Assembly (NCBI RefSeq): GCF_037042905.1
Contig: NC_087246.1
Coordinates: 4,652,001-4,716,000, forward strand
DNA length: 64,000 bases
Origin: Lytechinus pictus
Lineage: Eukaryota
Direction: 5' to 3'
Shown here: positions 1-12,982 of the stretch, one piece after another
Layout of the letters: the number at the start of each line of letters is the position of its first letter
How positions within the stretch are numbered: the stretch's first letter is position 1
Made by a program: the position numbers and the translations under genes
Notes under the pieces: model-generated
The model's database searches: none
Told to the model about the DNA's origin: nothing
What the model saw: the letters and a program-made list of their open reading frames with translations, nothing else

Positions 1-71
1 ACTTTCCTGATATGGGTGTGCATGATGAAGTCTAAGCAAAATAATTATCTTGCTCATTTTTTGATCAACAG

Positions 72-202
72 GTTATGGTGTTGAGTATGACTATGTAGAC
101 CCAAGAGAAATCAAGCCATCACTGGAAACACTCAAGATACCAAGGCTGTTTTTTGCTGGTCAGATCAATGGTACAACAGGATATGAAGAAGCAGCAGCAC
201 AG
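72..202 (+). CDS. MTO1: MTO1/GidA(MnmG) mitochondrial tRNA modification enzyme, internal exon (gene starts upstream of window)
   Basis: ag|[44 protein letters not shown]|gt; [15 protein letters not shown] is the GidA signature. Confidence 0.97.
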
Positions 203-302
203 GTAACGAAATAAAGATGGTGGGATAAAGACTTAACTAGTAGAAATGAAGCTAAACTGTTCAACTGAAAAAAATTGTGTTGTCGAACTGGCAAGATCTT
301 AA

Positions 303-1543
303 CCCTATCTAAGCCGGGGGCCCCCCTCAATGATTCGCGCAATATTTTCGCTGCATGGAATTTTTTTTACCACGCCGCTCGCTGACTTCTTACTTTCAAG
401 TCTTGCGCATCTTTTGAGACCAATTTTGCAACACCTGGGTACTCGGTTCGGAAATTACACATTTTGTAAGTGCATGTCAGACTTAAAATTTCTCAAAAGC
501 ATGATTTCGTGTACAAAGTCGATGCAAATTGTGTTTTCAACCAAAAATCATAAATGTATGATTATTTTTAGATTTGCTATCCTAAATGGATTTATTTATG
601 CTGCTTATGATCTCAAAAGAGTCCTCGACAAATTTTATAAAAACAAAAACAAAACAATGACAAACAGAAGGTAAAAAAAACAAAGAAATTGCAAGAAAAC
701 AATATAATACATAAGAAATTGATCTGATATCATAATTTTTTCACATTCATTTGTTACGAACACCACAAATAGTTTCTATACCAAAAAAACAAACATTTGG
801 AGCTTTATTTAGGGAGTTAGAGAAAAAAAAATGATTTTGCATACTAATTACAGGACAAGTCTACCCCAACATAAAGTTAATTTGAATAAAAAGAGACAAA
901 TTTAACAAGCATAACACTGATAGTTTCATCAAAATCGGATGTGAAATAAGAAAGTTATTACATTCTAAAGTTTTGTTTAATTTCACAAAACAGTCATATG
1001 CATATTCTGGTCAGTATGCAAATGAGGAGACTGATGACATCATCAACTCCCTATTTCTTTTGTATTTTGTTATTTGAAATATTAAATATTTTAATTTTCT
1101 CATTCTAAAGTGAAACAACAATAAATTCCTCCCTGAACATGTAGATATATCATTGTTTATTACTTTATGGTTCAGTCAAGTTGGTTGTATAATTCAAATA
1201 AAAAACAGAAGAAATAGTGAGTGAGGGACATCATTATATGTCTCATTTGCATGTCATTTAGTTGTGCATATCATTGTTTTGTGAAAAGTAAGTGAAACTT
1301 TAAAATGTCATAACTTTCTTATTTTACTTCCGATTTTGATGAATTTTTTCAGCGTTGTGCCATATAGATTTTTCTCTATTTATTCAGATGAACAATATTT
1401 TGAGCTGGACTTGACCTTTAAGCATAACTTAGCATAATCACATAATAGTAATTTGCATGAAATGAATTAATATACAATTTTGTAGATTATGTCCTAGATA
1501 ATCTGCATGCTAATTTCGGCGCGATCGACAGCCGAGATCTCAT
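303..1543. mobile_element. piggyBac-like non-autonomous element, one end truncated, containing a nested MITE at 852-1417
   Basis: TTAA|CCCTATCT terminus; inverted homologue of 8568-9204. Confidence 0.65.
852..1417. mobile_element. TTAA-targeting MITE with AGG..CCT ends (Kolobok-like)
   Basis: AGGACAAGTCTACC ... GCTGGACTTGACCT|TTAA; same family as 34638-35974 and 38893-39880. Confidence 0.7.
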
Positions 1544-1544
1544 C

Positions 1545-2900
1545 ATCCGTGCAATTTTAGATCCATTCATCCTGCAATATTTTATCCATACCATGTTTGC
1601 ACACTCGCCAAGACTACCAGCTCTACACTTAAAAACACTATTGTTTGAATACAATGCTCATTTTGTATGTATGTGACAATCAATAGACCTCATTCACACT
1701 GAATGCACTTTTGCATTCAAATTTATGAATGTCAAATGATGAGGATCTACATTTTTGTGTGATAAAACAAATTTTCTTTTCATCCGAGCAATGGACAGAA
1801 TACTTCATTCTATGAAAAATGAAGTGGATCATTTCATCTTTCACCTCCTGAAGTATTTTGTCCATTGCACTCGTAAACATTCATTATTTGTATAATAGGA
1901 TATAGCAATCCATTGAGTTGGTTGGTGGTATTTTTCTCATACAGCGCCTAACACTTGCTATATTAAGAGTTTTTAAGTGATCCTCAATAGTGCATTATAC
2001 ATGAAATCGCCTTGTCTTAAGCAGCGATGAGCTCTTTCTACTTTTGTTTTCACCTTGAATTTAAAGTGGAGGATTTCTTCAACCATGGTGACAGGATCTT
2101 CGCGTTCCCCTTGAGGTGCTTCAGGAATACGCACCAATCTAACATTGTTTCTCCTGGAGAATCTTTCACTCTTTGTTTCCTGCTGCTTTATTTCGCTGGA
2201 CTTCCAATCGGAACTCTGTGATTTCTTTTTCCATGGTTTCCATTTTGCTTTTCATTATATGTTGGTTTTCTGTTAGATCATCCACTCGCTTCTGCTTAAG
2301 ATTAAACAATGCTTCCATTTTGACTTCCAGTTCCTGTAAATTTTCAACGAAGCTATCCACTGCATTCTTGATCATCTGTTCAAATCTTGCCGTTTTTGTG
2401 AAATAGTCATCCAAAGTTGAAGATAATCCAACGTCTGTATGGGGATGGTGTATTGTCAAAGAAGATTGCTGCTCGACCTCGGAATAGGCGCCATGGTAAT
2501 GACGTCATTTTCCTGCATGGATTCTACATCACTGTTGTCTCGTGTAGAGGCAGCACGTCTCAACTGTAGGCTTGTAGGCCGTGTGTTAGCGTTTGAAATT
2601 GGTGGGCTGTTCCTTGTAGAAACTGATTGGCCCTAATGGGCAGATTGAACATACGTTTTTGGCTTCGTGACAGCCTGTCTTTGTGGTCTTTTGCTCTGTG
2701 ATGGATCCATAAGTCACAATTATCATGATACTGATGAGATAATTTCAACTTGATGATAATGAAGTCCCCAGAATTAGATAATTCAATGATGATTTGAAAT
2801 ACGTTGTTACTACTCCATAGCACCCTCGCATTTCCCCATTACACCCTCACATTTTCAATAAAATCCTGCTTGACATCCATTTGCAGATCTACCGCCTAGC
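1545..2900 (-). mobile_element. Decayed L1/Tx1-clade LINE with an ORF1 remnant, in an MTO1 intron; boundaries approximate
   Basis: Minus strand ~2460-2020: coiled coil then, after a frameshift, ERFSRRNNVRLVRIPE...VERAHR, the L1 ORF1 RRM motifs. Confidence 0.8.
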
Positions 2901-3287
2901 CTGAACTTGGAGGAAATGGTCTGAGTTTTAACTTTTATGATAAGCTCTTGTTTTCTTTCCATTCTTAATAGTCTTGCCACACACTTCTATACTGTTCTGT
3001 TCTTAATCATACCAAAATCATTCCTATTCCAGAGTTAGGATGAACAATGGCCATTCATTGAGAGCGAATTCCCTGTGAGGCTTGGCACCCTGATAGTGAG
3101 AGGGAAAGATATGATGGGGGGAGAGGTGAAGGTTTTTGGTTTGAAATTGAAGAGTGAACTATAATGACAAATGGATCACATGAATGTTATAACCTAATGA
3201 ATATACCAGTAAATTATTTGATCCAATACCAATATGAAGATGCAAAGAGTTTGGTTGAATCAATGTGAGTGTTAATTATCTCTCCAG

Positions 3288-3492
3288 GGTATCATTGCTG
3301 GGATCAATGCAGTTCTTAAAGCTAGGAGACAACCTCCTTTTGTCATTAGCAGAACAGAGGGCTACATCGGTGTCTTGATTGATGATCTGACAACTAGAGG
3401 CACTTCTGAACCCTACCGCATGTTTACCAGTCGCACTGAGTTCCGTATGACCCTCCGACCTGATAATGCAGATCTCAGACTCACACACAAAG
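3288..3492 (+). CDS. MTO1: MTO1 exon
   Basis: ag|GIIAGINAV...[48 protein letters not shown]|gt; phases match neighbours. Confidence 0.97.
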
Positions 3493-4501
3493 GTCAGTAC
3501 AGATATTTTTAGGTCAAAGCAGCCAATATCATCGTTCTCTCTCTTCTGTCAGGGCTTGATTTGGTGTTTTTTTTTTTCATTCTTCTTCATGTGCTTCAAT
3601 CATTTACTGAATCAGAGGACTCGTCCTTTTCATCCTCCTTGATGCAAGCCATCCGTTGTTTTTCCCAGTATTCTGAGACCTGTTATATCGAAAGTATCTA
3701 ATATTTTCTTCCTGCATACAGGGAAGTAGAATGGTACAGATTATTTTCTACCGGCTTATTGCCATACATACCATCTAGTTCAACATGGTATTTCTGTTAT
3801 ATTGGCTTGCCTTTAGATGAGCATCTAATATATTTGGTGGAAGCAGGATAATTGCCCCTAGTTTTGTTAGATGAGTGTGAAATGGATCTTTTCAGGGAAA
3901 TGTTTTAGATATTTCCCAAAAGTACAGCCAGTTCATGTGAATGTAATTCACAGATGCAAATTATTTCTTGCCTTATCAGAGTTCTTCTATAAATTATTTT
4001 GATATGTAGCAACTATGAACATGTGTGTAAGCCTGTCAGTTCTGCTGACTTCTTAGCCCTGTATAACACAAAGGTTTTTGATCATCTGCTGAATACCAAT
4101 GGCAAATCAAGAGCTTTGTTAAATGCACATTTTGTTTAAAACACTACCAAGTAGTGTTGTTTCATATTTGCTACCCATTGTCCTTTGTGTTATCTAGCCC
4201 AGATCATCCAACAATTTATGATTTCTGGTTAAAAGAAATTCATTGTAACCTAAAAGAGTTATTCACTAATAATGAGCATTGACTTAAAAAGTGCACTGAG
4301 AAGAAAAGGGTGGAATAGATCTATGATAGAATGTAGTTCTCATTGGTATTGCAATCTACCAGAAATATGTTGGCACAGGCAATTTGGTTCAGATTCAGGA
4401 GTGTGTGCAAAATATCCCTTTTGATTTTGCTGCTCAAATACCATAAATCATGATTTTATTTTACTCTGTGGAAGTATAATCATGGGCATATTCTTTTACA
4501 G

Positions 4502-4685
4502 GTTTTGCGGCTGGATGTGTATCACAAGAAAGGTTTGAACGTGTTATGGAGACAAGAAGAGATCTTGAAGAGAGCAAAGAACTTCTAAGGTCAGTCAAGC
4601 TGCACAAACATGAATGGCGAAGACATCTTAAGAATCATGGTTTTCAAGCTGTGTTTGGAAGCAGTACGTCACCAGACAAGATGAG
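4502..4685 (+). CDS. MTO1: MTO1 exon
   Basis: ag|GFAAGCVSQERFERV...PDKM|gt; open frame, phase 1 in, phase 2 out. Confidence 0.9.
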
Positions 4686-4904
4686 GTATTAACTTTCACC
4701 TTGATAATTCATACATTTACCAACAGCTTTTACAAATACCTTTGTGTTTTGGGGAGGGGGTAGGGGGAGTGAGGTTCCCATGTTTATTTAGGGAAATCAA
4801 GAACTCCTTATTGTAAGTGAATTTGTACATACTAAGCATATAAAAAAGTTTTTGAAATTAATTTTCTCTACAAGTTATACTTGAGGGAGAGTGAAAATAC
4901 TCTC

Positions 4905-5725
4905 ATTTATTTCTTTCAATAATAATTATATACATGTAAAAACATACAGATATCATACAATATTTTGAACATAAATATACAAATATAATCATGAGTCATT
5001 AAGATGAGATTAAAAAAAAATAATAATGAAAGAAAAAGGTATCCCAAAAAGCCTCAAAGGCTTGAAAGAAGGGAAACCAAGAATAAAACATAAGAATGAT
5101 TATAGAAAACGATTCACAAAAATAGAATAGAGTACCGGAATGCGTCGCCACAACAGTAACATTAAAATCAATTATCATACACAGAGCCGGATACATGTAT
5201 AAAAACGTTAGAGTTTGATTGCGATGATCGGCGGACACGTCGTCAGTACTTTCTTTTAAACCAAAACACTGACGACATGCCAGCCAGTCACTAAGGGAAC
5301 CAATAAGAAAAAATGAACAATAAAATGAGGCTGCGTTTGATAACGTGAATTCATGCAAGCAACCGGTCTGAGAGGGATTTAAAAAATACTGTTGCGACGC
5401 CACACTCCGGTCCTCTAAAATGCCTAGAGGAAAAATGTTTAACGGTTATTTAGGTTGGAGAGGAAGAATCTTTTCAATCGTTTTTTAAAAAGTGAATTAA
5501 ATTGTATGTGTCGAATTTCAGGAGGCAAGGAATTCCAAATAATGGGGCCAAGATGACGGACTGACTTTGAGAGATTATTGGTTTCTGTTTTCCAGAGGTG
5601 AAAATTGGTTGACTGTCGGGTAGAATAAGAATAAACATTCTTATTTAAACAAAACAGTTGAGTTAGATAGGGAGGGAGACGTTTGGTAAAAAACTTTTGC
5701 ATCAATGAAGCAACTGATAATTTGT
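4905..5725 (-). mobile_element. 5'-truncated CR1/L2-group LINE (ORF2 C-terminus plus 3' UTR)
   Basis: PPYLTQLF...YSTRQ...GPIIWNSLPPEIR...FKKRLKRFFL*, then a 3' UTR ending at an AATAAA near 4910. Confidence 0.85.
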
Positions 5726-5762
5726 TAGATTCACTTGAAGTATCACTGCTTCTATTTAATAG

Positions 5763-5881
5763 TGCAATGGATATACTACAATTCCCTGGTATAGCAGTCA
5801 ATCATCTTACCTCGGCCTTACCCAAAGAGGGTCTTGCTTTTCTCGAGGACTACAAACTAGCTGAAAGATTGAAATTTGAAG
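5763..5881 (+). CDS. MTO1: MTO1 exon
   Basis: ag|SAMDILQFPG...LAERLKFE|gt; phase 2 in, phase 1 out. Confidence 0.88.
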
Positions 5882-6200
5882 GTAGGTTCCATTTCTTTGT
5901 CACATAGTTTTAATCCCTTCAGAAATGAGATTTAATTTAAGACAAAGTTCAACATTACAAACATGTTTTTTTTTATCCATCACTTTGATATCTATTTGGT
6001 ATTGTTCACAAGGATTATATTTTTAAAAAGTGGAAAGAAAAAATATCAAATTGGTGCAGATTTTTTCAAGATATTTGTGACTGAAAAATCATTTTATTCA
6101 TATCCTGGGGAGTATAATATTAACACTTAGTATATGGAATGATTTTGAGATGGTGTTTTTGTCACTTTATTTTTCACTTGTTGAAGCACTAAATAATGAT

Positions 6201-7500
6201 TTTTGTCTCACCTGCTTTAATAGCAGAGTGAGACTACAGGCGCCGCTTTTCCGACGGCGGCGGCGTCAACACCAAATCTTAACCAAAGGTTAAGTTTTTT
6301 TTTTTATGACAGCATAACTAATAAAGTATATGGACCTAGTTCATGAAACTTGGCCATAAGGTTAATCAAGTATGAGTTTCAGGTCACATGACCAAGGTCA
6401 AAGGTCATTTAGGGTCAATGAACTTAGACCATGTTGGGGGAATCAACATCAAAATCTTAAGCTAAGGTTGAGTTTTTGAATTACCATCATAACTTTGAAA
6501 GTTTATGGATCTGATTCATGAAACTTGGACATAATAGTAATCAAGTATCACTGAACATCATGTGCAAGTTTCAGGTCACATGATTAAGGTCAAAGGTCAT
6601 TTAGGGTCAATGAACTTTGGCCAAATTGGTGGTATTTGTTGAATTACCATCATAACTTTGAAAGTTTATTGGTCTAGTTCATAAAACTTGGACATAAGAG
6701 TAATCAAGTATCACTGAACATCCTGTGCGAATTTCAGGTCACATGACCAAAGCAAAGGTCAATGAACTTTGGCCATAATGGGGTATCTGTTGAATTACCA
6801 TCATAACTTTGAAAGTTTATGGATCTGATTCATGAAACTTGGCCATAAGAGTAATCAAGTATCTTTGAACATCCCGTTTGAGTTTCAGGTCACATGACAA
6901 AGGTCATTTAAGGTCAATGAACTTTGGCCATGTTGGGGGTATTTGTTGAATTACCATCATATCTCTGTAAGTGTATTGGTCTAGTTCATAAAACGTGGAC
7001 ATAAGAGTAACCAAGTACCACTGAACATCTTGTGTGAGTTGCAGGTCACATGACCAAGGTCAAAGGTCAATGGATTTTGGCCATGTTGGGGGTATTTGTT
7101 GAGTTACCATCATAACTCTGTTGTATATTGGTCTAGTTCATTAAACTTGGACATAAGAGTCATCAAGTATCACTGAACATCTCATTTGAGTTTCAGGTCA
7201 CATGTGACCAAAGTCAAAGGTCATTTAAATTCATTTAACTTTGGCCATTTTAGAGGTAATTATTCGATTGCTGTCATAACTTTTAGATATAGTGTATAAA
7301 GTGTGGATATAGGGGTAATCATGTATCACTGACAAGTTTTAGGTCACATGATCAAGGTCAAATGTCAATGAATGTAGTATTGTATCATTATATGAATGGT
7401 GTTTTTTGTGAATAATTATTTTATAGTAGTTTTCATAGTTAGCACTGCTGCTATATTGAATCGCGTGATGCAGGTGAGACAGCCAGAGGCATTCCACTTG
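6201..7500 (+). mobile_element. Helentron-associated (HINE/DINE-1-like) non-autonomous element, family A, with internal ~150-bp tandem array
   Basis: T-run then TGTCTCACCTGC; subterminal inverted GCAGGTGAGACA near the 3' end; (GGC)n near the 5' end; homologous to 21430-22305 and 51890-52899. Confidence 0.75.
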
Positions 7501-7952
7501 GGGTTTTTTTGGGTGCAATTTTTCAGAACTTAATTTTTACAACATATTACAGACTCAGGTGATAAATGGGACCTTACTGTTCAGAATTTTTTTTTTTTTA
7601 CTGTAATGGGCAGAAAACTCCACCCACATATACAAGTGATGAACATTTTGCTGAGGGTTCCTGGTTCGAATGGCCTGAAATTTTTTTCTCCATACATAGG
7701 CATTATACGTTTTCCCTCAGCAATAAATTTGTTCTAACATTTTGGGTAGCTCTTGTGATTGTCAGATAAATTCAACCAACCCCATTCATGATTGATAAGA
7801 TTTAAGATATTGGATTTATTACTATTAGCAAGCCTCATATTACATGACACCAGTGGTGTAATTGTTTTTGAGTAATAATTCTTTGATACGTGATAGTGTT
7901 AGCGATGGTGCTTTGTTTCATGCATTGTTTATTTCATGTGTAATCCATGCAG

Positions 7953-8049
7953 GTATTTATGCTCCTCTTCTTCCTCAACAAGAGGCAGCCATAGCCGAAG
8001 TACAGGCGGATGAAGGATTAGAACTACCTGAAGATCTTGATTATAACGG
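7953..8049 (+). CDS. MTO1: MTO1 exon
   Basis: ag|GIYAPLLPQQEAAIAEVQADEGLELPEDLDYN|gt; GidA C-terminal E..L.LP.DLDY motif. Confidence 0.9.
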
Positions 8050-8567
8050 GTTTGTCTCATCCTCTCTTATCAGTTATATAGCTGGGGAAGGGTTGTTTAT
8101 AAAGCAGTTTGTAAGTCTTGTTTGAAGGGTTTGTACTGTATGAGATCCTCAATAATTTCCTTGGTGTTTCATCAAAGTGGAATTGAATTTCTAAATCCTC
8201 ATCAAATTTTGACAAATGGTAAACCTAGTTTTCATATCCGTGTTAAGATCAAGAATTATAATCTACTAATATCATGTTTAACTATTGCTGATGGAATAAA
8301 AATGATTGAAAATATGCACGACCACACAAAATATAGTTGTACATAGTGTCTCGGTATAAAAACTTCCTCATTTGCCAATATTCCTATATCCTTGGCTTTC
8401 TAAAGAAGTTGTTTTACTGAGTTGACCATATAAACTTAGCCAATTACATTTTCTGTAAGGGTTTTATTAATGTTGTAGCTCCATGCAAAAACAATGAGAT
8501 AAACATTTTAACTTTGGTTTTACTTGAGTACTAGTATATTAACATGTCTTAATAACATGCTATTTAA

Positions 8568-9204
8568 CCCTATCTAGGCCAGGGTATTTTAGGAGATCAA
8601 ATGAGATCTCAGCCGTCGATCGCGTAATCGTGCCAAAAATTGGCACGTAGGTTGTCTGGAGCATAATCTACAAAATTGAATCGTAATTTATTTCATGCAA
8701 ATCACTATTAGGTGATTATGCCAATTTATGTGTAATTGTTATGCAAAATCATACTTTTTCTCTAATTTCCTAAATAAAGCTCCAAATGTTCAAATTTTTG
8801 GTATATAAACTCTTTGTGGTGTTCTTTCCAAATTTACATGAAAAAATTGTGATATCAGAACAATTTCTTATGTATTTTATTGATTTTTGCAATTTCTTAT
8901 GTATTTCTTTGTTTTTGAACCTTTTGTTTTTTATCATTTTATTTATGACCTTTGTCGAGGACATAAGCAGTATAAAACAAATCCATTTAGACCACCAAAA
9001 CTAAAAATAATCGTACATTTAAGTTTTTTGGTTGAAAACACAATTACATTGACTTTGTACAGGAAATTACGTTTTTGATCAATTTTCGGTCTGACATGCA
9101 CTTACAAAATGTTGCGTGATTTCAGAACCAAAAAATTTGCGCAGCGAAAATACAGCGCGAATCGTTCAGGGGGGCCTCTGAGGGCCCCCCCAGCCTTGAT
9201 AAGG
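8568..9204. mobile_element. piggyBac-like MITE
   Basis: TTAA on both flanks (8564-8567, 9205-9208); imperfect TIR CCCTATCTAGGC / GCCTTGATAAGG. Confidence 0.75.
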
Positions 9205-9351
9205 TTAATCAGCATGAGATACGGGAGGGTTTTTTTTTGGGGGGGGGCACTTGATAAATAGCCACTTATTCTATATCCAAATTCTACCATTAAATTTTCT
9301 GTCACTCTGAAGAAACATAATTCAATTTATGTTTGCCATTACAATTTGCAG

Positions 9352-9406
9352 CATAAAACTTTCTACTGAAGCTATTTACAAACTCACCCAAGCAAGACCA
9401 ACAACC
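9352..9406 (+). CDS. MTO1: MTO1 exon
   Basis: ag|IKLSTEAIYKLTQARPTT|gtaagt; LS.E...KL...RP.T motif. Confidence 0.9.
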
Positions 9407-9830
9407 GTAAGTGATTTTTATTCAGAATCATTATATTCAATCAAATAATGTCAAGTTTATGAGTCTGTATAGTCAAGATGTGCATTTGTAGTGTCTTATC
9501 CGACAAGTATGTGAAGAGTGGAGAGTGACATCTTGCTGAATTACATCAGGGACATACTGTATCTTTACAGTTACCATCTGAAAGACAACCCATGGTTCGA
9601 ACCCTGGACCTCTGAATAAGCCGGTAACTCTAATATGTGGTTCAATTACAAGTGCAGGCCACAATACCCAGTTGACAGACACAAATGTCATACTGGAACC
9701 AACTATCAATTAAGCTTATACTGTTAGACTGCACTCACAGTTCACACTTCTTTGTAGTTGGTACTGCGATTATTTGAAAATATAAGATGTTATCATAGAC
9801 CAATTCCTTGTACCCCTCCATTCCTTTCAG

Positions 9831-9935
9831 ATTGGTGCTGCTAGTCGACTAGAGGGTGTAACCCCAGCAGCTGTTCTACGTCTGCTCTATCATGTCAAGA
9901 GACAACACCAGAGCAGGATGTCACAGTCATCATGA
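9831..9935 (+). CDS. MTO1: MTO1 last coding exon
   Basis: ag|IGAASRLEGVTPAAVLRLLYHVKRQHQSRMSQSS*; ASR..GVTPA motif, TGA at 9933-9935. Confidence 0.93.
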   Translation: MGAASRLEGVTPAAVLRLLYHVKRQHQSRMSQSS

Positions 9936-10350
9936 CAGTAACATTGTTAATCTTCTTCTCGGGTCACAGTGTCTTTGAATGCTTCACCAATAACAGAGAA
10001 GGATGTCACATTCCACCTCATGACAGCAGCATTGGTAATCTTCTCAGATCACAGTGCCTGTGAAGCCTTACAACTAACAGAGCAGAATGTCGCACCTCAT
10101 GACAGTAGCAGTGCTGATTTTCTTGGCTCAGAATGTCTTTGATAGCCTTACCAATAACATCAGCTAAGGATGTCACACTCCGCCTCATGACAGTAGCATT
10201 GGTAGTCAAGTCACAACACGAGAGCAGGATGTCACATTACCTCATGACAGTAGCATTGGTAATCTTCTCAGGTCACAGTGTCTTTGAAAGCCTTACCAAT
10301 AACATCAGAGAAGGATGTCACAGACACACTCCACCTAATGACAGTGGCAT
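9890..10350 (+). repeat. Degenerate ~85-bp tandem repeat spanning the MTO1 stop codon and 3' UTR
   Basis: Recurring GGATGTCACA...CATGACAGTAGCATTGGTAATCTTCTC...GTCACAGTG, about 6 copies. Confidence 0.8.
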
Positions 10351-10562
10351 CAGTGGTCAGGTCAATATATCATTGAATACCATAGCAACTACTGTAAGAA
10401 TGTGATAAGCCAGCGGCAAATGCTTTGCATCATGGTAGGGGTGTTAGTTCTCCATTATGTTCTTGTGTGTAAGTTACTAAAAGATACGAGTAACCTAGCG
10501 ACTTCAAAGTCTGCTCAGTGCTACACAAGAAGTTGATGTGTTCATTCTCATTGTTCTATCAG

Positions 10563-10719
10563 GGGAGCGTTTCATCAATATTTTCATCCGACAAGTTGTC
10601 AGATCTGACATCTTTCCATGATTTTGATTGGCTGAGAGGCACTGTTCCTATGGTAACTGTCGGATAAAATGGGACTTGTCGGATAAAACGTCCGACAAGT
10701 CCTTTCATGAAACGCCCCC
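10563..10719. mobile_element. PIF/Harbinger-like MITE
   Basis: TIR GGGAGCGTTTCAT / ATGAAACGCCCCC, 3-bp TSD CAG. Confidence 0.75.
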
Positions 10720-10807
10720 CAGGTGTACAGTTAATGGCAAAAAAAGATTTTAAAGAATTTATTTATAAGATGTAGATATCAGAGATATATATTTTGTAAA
10801 TGCAACC

Positions 10808-11753
10808 GCTTTGGAAGGCGGCTCATTAATGACAAACAGAGATAAATGAATATGGAATTATGGATGAATAGAAACAGAAATATCAACAAATTGTTGCTAC
10901 AGGGTTCAGTGGCATGATGAGACAACACTTTGAGGAGGCCGGAAAAAAATATAGTATTTCACTGTTTTTCCATTCTTCTATTCTCAATTTTTCTTGGTTG
11001 TGAAAATTTGTTGGTAACAGTATATGGCTGGGGTATTAATCACCTTCGGTGATATTTCTAGTTTTTTGTGTGGGGGAGGGCTGCCAATCAGTATTAGATA
11101 TGAACCCACTCATGTTTTTTACATATGTGGTTCAAAGATGTTTTTATGGGGGGGTTTTGGGTCATTGATTATTCTTCATTGTCATTAATACTTATTACTC
11201 CATCTTTAGTTCTTGTTTTCCCCTTGTCTCAGTATTTACAACTGTTTTATTTGTACAGGTAACTTGACCTAATTCTAATCCTTAGAGACATGAGAAATCT
11301 GGTATATAACACATTTTTCATAATCTGATCTAATTTTAAAAGAATTACTGTGACTTGGGCAAATATTAGACAAGTTTACCTGTATTTGGTTATAGTAATA
11401 CAGATCCAAATCTCTGTTTGGTTATATATCACTCTGATTTGTGTCATGCTCAGAATAATCAAATGCCTGAGAAATACTCTAAACAGATTCGAGGAATTTC
11501 GGCTAAATGTATTGGCAAGAAAATATGCCATAATTGTAATCAACAGCTTTGGAAGACGGCTCATTAATGACAAACAGAGATAAATGAATATGGAATTATG
11601 GATGAATAGAAACAGAAATATCAACAAATTGTTGCTACAGGGTTCAGTGGCATGATGAGACAACACTTTGAGGAGGCCGGAAAAAAATATTGTATTTCAC
11701 TGTTTTTCCATTCTTCTATTCTCAATTTTTCTTGGTTGTGAAAATTTGTTGGT
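10808..11753 (+). repeat. 208-bp near-identical direct duplication (10808-11015 and 11546-11753)
   Basis: Two copies with two mismatches that I could see, about 530 bp apart. Confidence 0.9.
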
Positions 11754-12487
11754 CTGTGCCCCAGCACCCCATCCCCTAGCCAATCTCTGGGCCAATCTAT
11801 ATGCCAGTGATTGGGTTAATGTCCTATAAATTATTTTATTGTAATCACTCTATGAACTAGTGAAAACACTGGGCTACCATTTTGACAGTTAATGCAACAA
11901 TGTTACCTAGGAAATAAAGGTATGTACAAAAACTTCCCTTTGTTGGTTATTAATAAATACTGATTATAACTTAATCAAACTAAATGCATTCAAATTTGTT
12001 ATCTGATATGTGTGTGTGGATGTGTGCTCTTGATATTTCATTGTTCAGAGTGAAGAGTGAGAAAAGAGGATGGGGAATAGTACATTTCGCATGGAAAATG
12101 AAGATGGAGGAGGGGATGTATGACATGTTGCAATTCAAATGCAAGAAAATATGTTGAGATGAAGGATATGAATTCTAAATGTCTAAGAGGGGGGAAGGGG
12201 AGCTCTTGTACGTACCCTGAATGCCAAAGAAAAATGAAATGAGTAGAGTGATGCATTGAAACTGCCAAAGAAACGCAGCCAATGTTCTATATTGGTCTAT
12301 CTATTACTGGGTTTTGAGGATCAAGAAACTAGTGTCCATTATTTTGATGAATGATTGATTTGTTTTATTTCCGCATTCAATGCATTGGTTAGAAGTTTAC
12401 AAGGCAATGTATACAAATGTAAAACAAATTAATAATATTGTTCTAGTGTAAGCATTGGATCGATATTTGTAAAAATGTATTACTCAA

Positions 12488-12982
12488 AGGGGAAGTTCAC
12501 CCTGACAAAAAGTTTATTGTAAAAACAGCGGAAAAATAATTAGAAAATATCGCTAAAGGTTTGAGAAAAATCCATCAAGGAATTAGAAAGTTATTAGAAT
12601 TTTGATTATTTGATTTGTGACGTCATATGCGAGCAGCATTCCTACATAGCAAATGGTAAAAAATCAATGAAATGTAATTTTCTCAGAAAATTGAAAATGG
12701 TTTTTACTGTACATTTTGTATATCAATTTACAAATCATTTCACACCTGATCATGAAGAGATAACAAAAATAAGTCATCAGGAACCATTAAGGAAATGAAA
12801 TTCATGCATTTTATATGACATAACAATAAGGCAGCTGCTTGTTTATGACGTTCCGACAAATCCAAAACTTAAAATTCTAATAACTTTTTTATCTTTAACA
12901 GATTTTCCTCAAACCTTCAATATTTTTTTAATAATTTTTAGTGCTATTTTTACATTAAACTTCTTCAGGGTGAACTTCCCCT
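12488..12982. mobile_element. Kolobok-like MITE, second family
   Basis: TIR AGGGGAAGTTCACCCTGA / TCAGGGTGAACTTCCCCT; flanks TCAA and TTAA. Confidence 0.8.

Noticed and set aside
7636..7678. Intronic C/D snoRNA (GTGATGA...CTGA)
   Set aside because: Too short, no terminal stem.
10808..11753. LTR or TRIM element
   Set aside because: No TG..CA ends, PBS, PPT or TSD seen.
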